Source: Bigelowiella natans CCMP2755
Lineage: Eukaryota; Protista; Cercozoa
Reading direction: 5' to 3'
DNA length: 35,584 bases
Assembly (NCBI GenBank): GCA_000320545.1
Contig: ADNK01001570.1
Location: forward strand, 1-35,584
In this document: positions 1 to 9,782 of the stretch, in pieces
How positions within the stretch are numbered: the stretch's first letter is position 1
Layout of the letters: every line of letters begins with the position of its first letter
Translations under genes and position numbers: made by a program
Notes under the pieces: generated by a model
The model's input: the letters and a program-made list of their open reading frames with translations, nothing else
Database searches by the model: none
What the model was told of the DNA's origin: nothing

Positions 1-161
1 GATCCATAATAATGACGATAATAATCATGATGACACCCATAGTCGTTACTACATATAATAATGATAATAATAATAATGATAATAATATATTCTTGAGGAT
101 GGATTTCTTTCCTCCAGTACGTAATCCTGACCTCCCTCAACCTCTTCCCCCCCCCCTTCAG

Positions 162-2316
162 ATGCACTTTGACACTGACGAATCGAAGATAAAAGAGGGC
201 TCGGAGGTGATTCATCCACGACACCTATTTATTATTAAGCTAAATGACATTTGTTTGTCCCTTTATCACCGGTTTCTCCTACTGATTTTCTTAGTATATT
301 GTAGTTGTGACGATCATTATATAACACACTGACTTAACTACAACTACTACTACTACTGCTGCTACTACTGCTTCTTAGGTTCGGCATCCAATAGTCTCTT
401 GTGTACTATATCTTACAAAAGGGCCATCAGCAAACCCCACTTTAGTCACAAATCACCGTTTTTTCTCTGCTTCAATGAGTCCGTCTTCCTCCTCCTCCTC
501 CTCTTCATCATCATCATCATCACCATCATCATCAAAGGGTTGGATGATCTCTCCCGAAGAAAACCGACTCCTTGTGTTTGATGGTTCATTACTGCACGGT
601 GTTGTACCCTCTGCCCCCTTGCCCAACCAGAAGAAACAGCAGCAACAACAGCCTCCTCAGCGTCGATTAACGCTGATGGTAGGTTTTTGGGGGTATGATC
701 CTTCTATTTCTTCTTCTTGTTCTTCTTCTTCATGTAGCAACAGCAACAACAACGAGAACAAGATTCCTGAAGAAGAAGAAAAAGAAGAGGTAGAGGTGAA
801 GAAGAATAACAAGTGGAATGATGATATTTCATGGGGTCCAAATGCTCTTCCACCATGGAGAAAGACCATCAATGCTAGTACTACTTCCTCTACCTCCCCT
901 CCTCCTCCTCCTCCTCCTCCTCCTCCTCCTCCTCCTCTACCTCGATGGGTGAAGGAACACTTGGAAGCTAGAGAGGAGTTCTTGAGAAGGGAGACGAAGA
1001 CGGGAAAGAGGGAGGTCAGATCCAACAACTTTGACTACTCCTCGGATGTGTTACCTATGGATGATGATGGTAATGATAATGATGCAAGCTCTGCAAAGAA
1101 TCAGCAGCGGTGCAGGCGTGTTCCTTCCGAGGAATTCATCCAGATTTCTCCAATCTACGAGTCAGTATCATCGTCATCGTCATCGTCATCATCATCATCA
1201 CTGCATGAAAACTATGCAACTGACAGTGGTGATAATGATAATAATGGAGGCGATTGTGATCGTAGTAGCTGCAATAAGAAAGGGATAAGGATGATGATGG
1301 CCGCAAGCGAAGGAGGAGGAGGAGGAGAAGAGTCTTTATTTGATAAGAGGCTGACGAGTCTTAGTGAGGTACTACGAAAAACCTATACTCCTCCATTCAC
1401 ATACTACTACTACTGCTACTACTGCTACTGCTACTATCTCTTTTTTTGTCGGTGATGACATCATTCTCCACAGTGTAAGTAACATGTGTGTTGGTTGTTT
1501 GTGGTGGTGATAATGAAGATGGACATTGTTGGCAACTTCTTCCTTCGATCTCGGGACGAAATAGAGTATCGTATCACTGCATCAATGGCCTCTCCTCCAC
1601 CACCACCTCCTCAACAACGAAATACACTATCATCATCATCATCATCATCATCAGCGGCAGCAGCAGGAGCACCATCTTCGACACCACCACATCATGGACA
1701 AGAAGTTGCCACGGAGGTGACCAGTATCATTCGTACGCTACTACTGAGCAAGGTGGATACTGTTTCCATGAAAGAAGCTCATCTTGAAGATCTGGAGGTA
1801 CTTCTTCTTCTTCTTCTTCTTGTGTTGTTCATCTTATCCCACGCTATAAGGAGCAGTGTATGCTACAAACTGCCGCTCCTTTGTGCGAAGTGTTTTACGC
1901 TTAGGAAACACAGAGGGGGGGGGGGGGACGTAGAAATTATATTGCTTAATCACTGATTATTATCGTGATTTGATCATCAGCGACTGTGTGAGATCATGGA
2001 GGAGGAGGAAATGGCTTGCCGTTTTGCTGCTATACAAGGAGATATCATCATTCATGATGACGATGATAATGACACCGAGACTTCTGGCAACAACACCACG
2101 ACGACTAGCTTCAAGTTGATGCAATTTCTTTTGCAAGGCCTCCTTCAGCCCCCGGGATATGCTTTGCCATCATCGTCATCATCCAAAACCAAGTCCCAAT
2201 ATGACGATATTGCTTCGATGGTTGTGTCGTCTCGATTCGCTATGTTTTGCGCATGTATCTTAGCAGTGTTTTGTCAAGAAGGAGCGGAATCGGCGCTCAG
2301 AGAGGATATACTATCG

Positions 2317-2347
<31 letters not shown>

Positions 2348-3143
2348 CAACGACAACAACAACAACAGTTCTTAGAGAAAGAGGAGGGGGGGGCGGAGGA
2401 CCAACAGCAGAAAGAGTAGGAGATGGAAGCAGAGGAGGAGGAAAAGGAGGAGGATCGTCGTGTGTGTTACTACTAATCTCTAGAGCCCTCTCATTTCATC
2501 TAGAGAATTTAAAATACTTGACCAATAGTAGCAGTTATCGTATTAGTACTCGTGTTAGTAGTAGTAGTAGTAGTAGTAGTAGTAGCAGCAGCAGTGCTCC
2601 CCTCCCTAACGGTATTGGTGCTGTCGAGGCTGCTGTCGTTTCTATAACTCAACTCCTTAGTCAAATGCTACTGTTTAATCACGATAATCATCACTATGAT
2701 GATGATGAGGATGATGATATTGATGGAAAAAAGTATCAGCATCAACAGCAGCAGAAGAAGAAAGAGCAGGAGGAGGAAGAAGAAGATTCTAAATCGAAGA
2801 TAGGCACAACAAAAGAGGAGGAGGAGGAGGAGGATGAGCCCTGTAAAGTTGCTATCAAAGCTCTCAAATCATTGCTGGTGATGCTGAATGACGGTGGTGA
2901 TGCAAAATTGACAACGATTCCACCCACATCACCAACAACAACAACAACAACAACAGCGTCAATGAAATATGGAACAATAGGGAGTAGTAGAAAGAGCGAT
3001 GTTCTAGAAGCTGTTGGCGCTGCGGTATGGAACTTCATCATTTCAACGTGGGAGAAGAAGAAGCAGAAGAAGAAGATGAATAAAACCGCGCTTGAGCATA
3101 AAATCGGAAACGATGATGCCACTCATAGCAGAGCAAGTACTAC

Positions 3144-3174
<31 letters not shown>

Positions 3175-3906
3175 TGTTGTTGTTGTAGTCGTACGCAGCC
3201 TTCCTACAACTTTGCAAAGGCTAGGAAGATAATACGATCTTCGGGTGTGCTGGATGTACTTTCAATGCTTTCCAAGTTAGTGTTTGAAGACCAGAAACAT
3301 GCAGAAGCAGAAGTCACAATGGCTGCTGGTGCTCTTGCTGCTTTTATGTCTACATATAGCACTGTTGTATTACGTCGTTCGGATGCTGCAGTTAATGATA
3401 CCGCACGGCTGAAGAATACCACCAGCCTCAAAGAGAAAGAGACGAGCAATTTGGTATTACTGGGGGTGGGGGAAGAGGAGGGAGTAACCTCCGAAGAAAT
3501 ATTAGTGTTGGAGGAGGCAAATAAGGCTGTCTTAGAATCAGGCGGATTAGAAGCGTACGTCCTCGACACATATAGCTTATTATTTGATGAAGAAGGTCTG
3601 CCTAGCTACTCCGATGCCCGAGAAAGAATTCAAATCTTGCGAGATTTGTATTATATGGCTCCTAAGCAAGTTGAATATGTTATTGAGGAAGAGGGTTTCC
3701 TACCTGATTTTTCTTCATACATTCCTATCATGAAGAGAGCAAGGAAGCAGGATGATTCTCGAAGTAGTAGTAGTAGTTGTAGTGGTAGTAGTAGTAGTAA
3801 AAGAAGGCTGGATAAGAGCAGCATCAACAGGATGGAAGAGGATACACGCGTTGGAGATAGATTTATTATTGCTCAACGTGCACAAAAGGCAAAGATTGTA
3901 GACTAG
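162..3906 (+). CDS. 2OG-Fe(II) dioxygenase-like protein with long, helical (possibly ARM-like), low-complexity C-terminus; spliced, probably 5'-partial
   Basis: Exons 162-206, 379-1368, 1519-1797 and 1981-3906 join in frame via phase-0 GT-AG introns (the 1519 acceptor is the least certain). The spliced product reads MHFDTDE...VRHPIVSCVLYLT..PTLVTN...ENRLLVFDGSLLHGV...RRLTLMVGFW, i.e. HxD...H metal triad plus a 2OG-binding Arg. A polypyrimidine-CAG just before 162 suggests further exons upstream of the window. Confidence 0.75.
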
Positions 3907-4660
3907 AGACGCTGTAACTAATAATGATTTTCATTGTGATGATGATGACTCTGATCTTAAAGCATGTCAAATGATACGATAGGTAGCCAAAAAGCGATGG
4001 TGGATCATGTTGTTAATTTTATGATTCAACTCATTCGATCTCACTTTGATTTACACAGCCACAACCACAGTCACAGTCGAACAGACGCGCACACAGATCA
4101 TGTACATGTAGCCGCATGTGCCATGCATGCTGCATGGGAAGACCCCACAGGTTGCACACTTTTTGACGCTGCTTGCAATAGACACACTAATCTTATCTAG
4201 CCATCATGCTCTAGCTGATTTGACTCAGATCGACTTCCACACGAGCGCATGTGTAGGTTGCATAGATTGCTCTCAGCTAGGCTAGCAGGGCACGCGCATC
4301 GTTCTTGCTAGCTTGCAGCAATGGACCGCCATCAGCAAAGCGCACGTGGTAGTTCGATTATGTTCTGCTTCAGTCAGTAGCTTTGTGCACATACAAGCAC
4401 TGGTACATGTGCACGAAATCGTGTTTTTGTTGCTAAAGTGTTGATCATGATTGTCTGAGCACAACCTCTGCTTTGTTGCCCAATGCGTACAGAGCATTGA
4501 CTAGATTGAATATATCGTGTCTAGTCCTTTTGTAAACAGCGTGGCATTGTTGCAACGTCGCAGGCGCCCGTTGTACGCATGTACTACACATGATGAACAT
4601 CACATGCATTCTGTGCAAACGGACTCATAGCCGCGCACAAGTGAAATATTGCCCACCGTG

Positions 4661-6091
4661 ATGATCACGCGCAGCGCGCGTGGCAACAACAAGCACCAGA
4701 CACCCAAAAAGGGAAGAAAGCACAAAAAGAACCAACACGCAACGTTGGATCTCGATTCAGAATGCAATGATGACGACTGTGGCTCTGATAGGAAAAGTCA
4801 TGATCTGTCTCAATGCCTTCGCGAAGTTACTTCAACACTGTCTGCAACAATGGAACGCAAAGAAACTCCTCAGTGGAACACAATGAAAAAATTGTGTGAA
4901 ATGCTGACCACAATGGTCCAGTTAGTTGATGAGAAACAACAACAATTGCAGCAAGATCAAAAAGACATGCAGGAGGAAAACGCTGGGCTTAAAAACAAAT
5001 TACTGAAACTTGAAGAAGAACTGACTTATATCAAGGAACATCAGAAGAATGGCACAATGGAAGCTCAACCCTCCTCGATGCAACGGACCTCGAGAACTTA
5101 CGCTAGTGTCACAACCTCATCACGCGCTGATGAACCTCATGGTCGAGATAAATATCCTGAAGCAGAAGTACAAAGACTAGCTGAGCGAAAGAATAGCCAG
5201 AGTTGGCAAGTTCCAAAAAGTCACGCCAGGAATCAAAGGAAATACAACCGGAAGTATAAACAGAACGTGCTCATATTGGAACTTGACAAAAAAGCCATGC
5301 TGCAAGCGGGGGGCGCCATTATGGCCTCCGGCGACCCATGTCGCACTGTTCTCACTGGCAAAAAAAAACATGCCAACGAACCAACAAGTGAGGAAACAAA
5401 CACAGCAGATCCGAGGGATGAAAACCGCGACACACTGACAGAAGTTAACACCGAGGAAGAAGAGACTAAATGCCTAGCCGGAAAGAACGTAGAGGATTTG
5501 AACCCATCCAGTGAAAAAAAAGATGTTCCAGATATTGGGAAAAACCTGTCCAAAATAACTCCAAAGTTGATCGATGCACTAGGATTGAACGAATTCCAAA
5601 TGCACGTAGCTTTCCAAGCGAAATATGGGAAGGACTTTCAAGGAATCCAATTCAAATCTAGAAATAAAACCCACCTAAAAGTGTTCTTCAAAGGCTCCAG
5701 AGAATCTAAGATGGATGCTTACCTGGATCTGCTTAACACCGAACATCAGTTAGGACAAGGATCATTCCTTCCCTCACTCTTTGGATTAGTGACCACAGTC
5801 AGAGCAGCTAAGTCAAGGCCAAGTAAGCACTCTGTAGTTCTGAGAGGCCCAAGGCTGGGACCTAACGAGCAGGAAAAATCAACACGAATTGGAATCATCA
5901 AGCAGATAATCGAAACCAACATCGATGTAAAAGTCGCAGCAATAGAACCTCTCGGCAAGGGCCCTCTACTTCAGCTGTTTGTGCACTCGCATGAAGAGGC
6001 CACCAAACTGCTGAATTCACAAATCACATATCAGGGCAGCTACCTACGATTCAGGGCATATGAAAACAGAAGGACACGTAAATATGGTTAA
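4661..6091 (+). CDS. LINE ORF1 protein (coiled coil plus RRM-like C-terminus)
   Basis: First ATG is at 4661 (ORF track opens at 4649). Basic N-terminus, heptad-like QQLQQDQKDMQEENAGLKNKLLKLEEEL, 'TYASV' motif and RRM-like end (HSVVLRG...SHEEATKLLNSQITYQGSYLRFRAYE). Lies directly upstream of the APE-RT ORF. No CCHC knuckle seen. Confidence 0.8.
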   Translation: MITRSARGNNKHQTPKKGRKHKKNQHATLDLDSECNDDDCGSDRKSHDLSQCLREVTSTLSATMERKETPQWNTMKKLCEMLTTMVQLVDEKQQQLQQDQKDMQEENAGLKNKLLKLEEELTYIKEHQKNGTMEAQPSSMQRTSRTYASVTTSSRADEPHGRDKYPEAEVQRLAERKNSQSWQVPKSHARNQRKYNRKYKQNVLILELDKKAMLQAGGAIMASGDPCRTVLTGKKKHANEPTSEETNTADPRDENRDTLTEVNTEEEETKCLAGKNVEDLNPSSEKKDVPDIGKNLSKITPKLIDALGLNEFQMHVAFQAKYGKDFQGIQFKSRNKTHLKVFFKGSRESKMDAYLDLLNTEHQLGQGSFLPSLFGLVTTVRAAKSRPSKHSVVLRGPRLGPNEQEKSTRIGIIKQIIETNIDVKVAAIEPLGKGPLLQLFVHSHEEATKLLNSQITYQGSYLRFRAYENRRTRKYG

Positions 6092-9000
6092 TCATTTGAA
6101 TCTCCCCTACTACTACCAAAACATACGCAGTAAAAACGGAACTGAACAAGGCAGGCAAAGAATAAATAGAAGATATAATATGTTAAAAGAAATGATAACC
6201 ACCAACAACATCGAACTCGCCTGGTTTGGGGAAGGCCGCCTCAAAGAATCGGAGAGGCTGCATCCTCCAGCGGGATACGAAGTGATTCGGACGAGCGGCT
6301 CCTCTGGGAGCTTTGGATTAAGAAAAAAGAACACAGATATAATTCATATACCTATAGATGATAACAATTACGATATTAGTTTTTTCATACACAGCATTGA
6401 AAAATATGCTGTCATAATGGTGTACCTCCAGCCACACCAAAACATCTCACATCTGAAAGAGAGATTAGATTTCATAATGAACATCATTCGGAAACAGAAA
6501 TGGAAAAAATACATCATCGTGGGGGACACTAATGCTAAGCACTCCACCTACGATGTCCGAAACCAAGAAGATAGACGTGGCAGATACCTACACCAGTGGT
6601 TGTCGGATAACAACATCATGATGGTCAACCCTGGGGAAGCCACATATTTCAGAAAAGGAAACACAAGCACACTTGATCATGTGCTGTGCTCCTCAAACTT
6701 CGCACACCAAATAGAATATCAGATGGCCAACACCACGACAAGTGACCATTTCGGTATCCACTTTGGAAAACCTGTGGCAATCCATCAACAGACTTCACCA
6801 ATGATATATGACATCGACAAATTCGATGTAAAACGATTTGACGAAAAATTGAATAATATTACCGAACGCTTGCACCAGCGCATACTAAACGTTCAATCGG
6901 AGGCTGATGCAAAAAAGCTTGAACGCTGGTTCTGGGACTTTACCGGAAAAGCTTTTAATAGCTGCACACCAAAAAAACGACAACGTTGGAGTCCAATCAA
7001 GCCATACCAAAACGACAAAAAATATAAATCCATCAAAGATCAACAAGAAAAATTATTTAGATCCTTGAAACACGAAAGGAAATTTCGGAAGAGAAAATTA
7101 TTAGAAACCAAGATCCAAGAAATCAACGCCGAACTTGAACGAACCACCGAAACCCTTCAGTACGAAGCATGGCAATTATTCTTGTCTCGCTTCGAAAAAT
7201 ACAACAATGGGAATCATACCAGAATGCTGTACAAATTATTCCAAAAATCCAGAGGGCGGGATAAATTCGGAGGACTCGATGGCGAAACCTCTGAAGAAAA
7301 AAAATGTGAAGTGTGTGTTGCCAAATGGAAACATATCTACAAACCACACCCGTCAGACAAGAAAAATCGAACCTTTCACGCTGAAACTGAGGCCTGGAGA
7401 AATACCTTCAGGAAAAATGAAGACAAAAAGATCCACAGTGTTAATTCATACAACAGAGATTTTTCTATGCATGAACTAAGAAACGTGATCAACAAAGCAT
7501 CACCGTACAAGTCTCCTGGCGATGATGGTGTTCACCTAAACATGTTGAAAAAAAGCAAGAAACTCCATCAACTGTGGTTAGCTACATTCAACATGTCATA
7601 TAGATGGGGTACCCGAGATGGCTCACGTAAGGCGGCCATTTTTTGTCTCATCCCTAAGGCCAACAAAGAACTTAACACCCCTCTCAACGGGAGAACGATT
7701 TCTCTCCTACAAATAGCTTCAAAAATAGAAGACAAACTAATAGAACAACGGCTCCGCGAAGCTATACCCCCCAAAAACATTAGCATACATCAGTATGCAT
7801 TCATGAAAAATCGATCCTGCGAAACTGCACTCACAAAGATGACGCAGTCAATCGAGGATGGAGTATATAACAAAAAGCTTGCAGCCATCCTGTTGTTTAC
7901 AGATGCCTCTAAAGCTTATCCAAAAGCCTGGCATTCCGGCATGATACGCAAGTTACATGACAAATACGGAATACGAGGCTCGCTATTGCTGTGGATCGAC
8001 GACTGGCTCAGAGATCGTACCGCCAGATTCAGATTTGGCAATACTCTCTCTGAGCACATGAACCTTGGGAGCGGCGTCCCCGAAGGATCATCTCTCAGCT
8101 GTTTCCTTTTCATAACCTATTACGACATTTACGAACATATTACCAACACAGATTTCCAAATATACTGTGACGACGTTACCCCCTACAAATTGTTTTCGCC
8201 AAACCGATGGGGGAAAATGCAAGATGATATCCAGGCCGACCTAAACCAAATGACGGACTGGTGCATGAAATGGCGGATGCGATTCAATGGGGACAAGAGC
8301 GGGTACCTTATAATTGACAAAAGAAATAAAGCCCACCGACACCAAACCTCCTGGAACATCTCTCTCAATCTCCAAGGAAAAATAAAAAGAGTCGACAGCG
8401 GCAGATGTCTCGGACTAATCTTCGACAACAAATTAACCTTTGAAAAACATGCTCTTGCTTCTCACCTGAGATTGCAAAAGAAGCGAAGGTTTTTGTTAAG
8501 GTTGTGTTATTCCAGACACCTTGTACCGCTAAACGTCAGACTGAAATTTTACAAATCATGGTTCCTTGCATCCAGCAGATACGCTGCTCCAACATGGAGA
8601 TCACGAAGAAACATACGAATAAAACAGATGGATTCCATGGAATCCCAAACCCTGAAACGTATATTGGGATTACCTGGATCCATCTCCAACGACGTCCCCC
8701 ACGTCCTCACTGGCACGTTGCCACCCCGATATCAAACCAAAGTGCAGTGTGCTAAATCATGGTTGCGCACTAACGCATGGATCGACACAGGCAGCGGTCC
8801 TCAAATCCATGAGGGAATAAATGATTGGAGCAGTTATGGCTTCATCATTGAAAATCGAAAAATGTCAGATGGCACATCGTGGATTGATGTGCCCACACAC
8901 ACGTGGAACAAAGCATCCTTGTTTCGACGGCTCAAATCGATCACTGACGACTTGTTAGGTGACGAATTGCCCACCGTTTTGGCGACAACAGAGGCGCTGA

Positions 9001-9782
9001 AAAAAGAACTGAAAAAACATCACAAGGTGATGAAATCTTGTGCTTTCAACGAATTCGAAGAGGAATGGTCCAATGATTCATTGCGCGCTGTGCATCTCAA
9101 GAATCTTGGTTTCCTCCCGTCATCTTCGATCACCGGCATCAAACTGAAACTTCCAAGTGTTGCTACATCATGGATGCGCGCCATCTGTGGTGTCGGCAAT
9201 CTTGGCAAATTCATGCTGTCACGTGGACAATGCACAGAGGAAGATGCCACGTGCGATGCATGTGGCATCCTGAAGGACATGGATCATCTCCTGCAATGTC
9301 CAACACATGGTCGAGAACAAATCAGATTGCGCAATCAAATGCGCGCGATCATGAATCGCAACGACGACACGAACCGGTTGACAAAGGCTGAAATTGAATC
9401 CAGAACTGCTGCGCGCAGTGCGCGGCAACATCGGTCGCATGAGGACGCTTTCAAATGCATGAAACACATTGTGGCAGAAACCAACAGATGCAACATTAGC
9501 GCTGTAGCCGCTGCATTGCACAGCTACATCAGGATGACCATTGAAAAAACTCAATTCTTCATCACATCCGTCTCACATGTGATAATTGTGTTCCACAGGG
9601 TAGTGCTTGTTTGTCCATTGATGTCACCTGTTGTTCTCTTGGACTCACCGCACTGTTCACACAATCTATTGTTCATTACTTCTAAATTGGGCCGAAAATA
9701 CACCGTGCGTACTGAGGAGATCACGTGGCCAATGCAGCAAATTCCTAGGTCTCATTTTAGCATGATGTTGTTCCTGTTTTAA
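6060..9782 (+). CDS. LINE ORF2 polyprotein: apurinic-like endonuclease, reverse transcriptase, C-terminal CCHC finger
   Basis: APE motifs YQNIRS, IIVGDTNAKH, TYFR..STLDHVLCS, SDH. RT motifs KSPGDDGV, LIPK, RTISLL, QYAF, D-ASKAY, GVPEGS, YCDD, CLG. Zinc finger CDAC...HLLQC. Start is 6060 or 6084. The ancestral stop was probably at 9552-9554 (see findings). No RNase H recognised. Confidence 0.95.
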   Translation: MKTEGHVNMVNHLNLPYYYQNIRSKNGTEQGRQRINRRYNMLKEMITTNNIELAWFGEGRLKESERLHPPAGYEVIRTSGSSGSFGLRKKNTDIIHIPIDDNNYDISFFIHSIEKYAVIMVYLQPHQNISHLKERLDFIMNIIRKQKWKKYIIVGDTNAKHSTYDVRNQEDRRGRYLHQWLSDNNIMMVNPGEATYFRKGNTSTLDHVLCSSNFAHQIEYQMANTTTSDHFGIHFGKPVAIHQQTSPMIYDIDKFDVKRFDEKLNNITERLHQRILNVQSEADAKKLERWFWDFTGKAFNSCTPKKRQRWSPIKPYQNDKKYKSIKDQQEKLFRSLKHERKFRKRKLLETKIQEINAELERTTETLQYEAWQLFLSRFEKYNNGNHTRMLYKLFQKSRGRDKFGGLDGETSEEKKCEVCVAKWKHIYKPHPSDKKNRTFHAETEAWRNTFRKNEDKKIHSVNSYNRDFSMHELRNVINKASPYKSPGDDGVHLNMLKKSKKLHQLWLATFNMSYRWGTRDGSRKAAIFCLIPKANKELNTPLNGRTISLLQIASKIEDKLIEQRLREAIPPKNISIHQYAFMKNRSCETALTKMTQSIEDGVYNKKLAAILLFTDASKAYPKAWHSGMIRKLHDKYGIRGSLLLWIDDWLRDRTARFRFGNTLSEHMNLGSGVPEGSSLSCFLFITYYDIYEHITNTDFQIYCDDVTPYKLFSPNRWGKMQDDIQADLNQMTDWCMKWRMRFNGDKSGYLIIDKRNKAHRHQTSWNISLNLQGKIKRVDSGRCLGLIFDNKLTFEKHALASHLRLQKKRRFLLRLCYSRHLVPLNVRLKFYKSWFLASSRYAAPTWRSRRNIRIKQMDSMESQTLKRILGLPGSISNDVPHVLTGTLPPRYQTKVQCAKSWLRTNAWIDTGSGPQIHEGINDWSSYGFIIENRKMSDGTSWIDVPTHTWNKASLFRRLKSITDDLLGDELPTVLATTEALKKELKKHHKVMKSCAFNEFEEEWSNDSLRAVHLKNLGFLPSSSITGIKLKLPSVATSWMRAICGVGNLGKFMLSRGQCTEEDATCDACGILKDMDHLLQCPTHGREQIRLRNQMRAIMNRNDDTNRLTKAEIESRTAARSARQHRSHEDAFKCMKHIVAETNRCNISAVAAALHSYIRMTIEKTQFFITSVSHVIIVFHRVVLVCPLMSPVVLLDSPHCSHNLLFITSKLGRKYTVRTEEITWPMQQIPRSHFSMMLFLF

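Noticed and set aside
8837-9780. CpG-methylation decay or classical RIP as the cause of CA/TG excess
   Set aside because: CpG is plentiful here (gcgcgc, tcga, acga) and TpA is the missing dinucleotide. RIP would raise TpA and add stops.
6060-9782. Diversity-generating retroelement, retron or group II intron RT
   Set aside because: The RT is fused to an APE endonuclease and CCHC finger behind an ORF1, a standard LINE layout. No template/variable repeat pair was seen.
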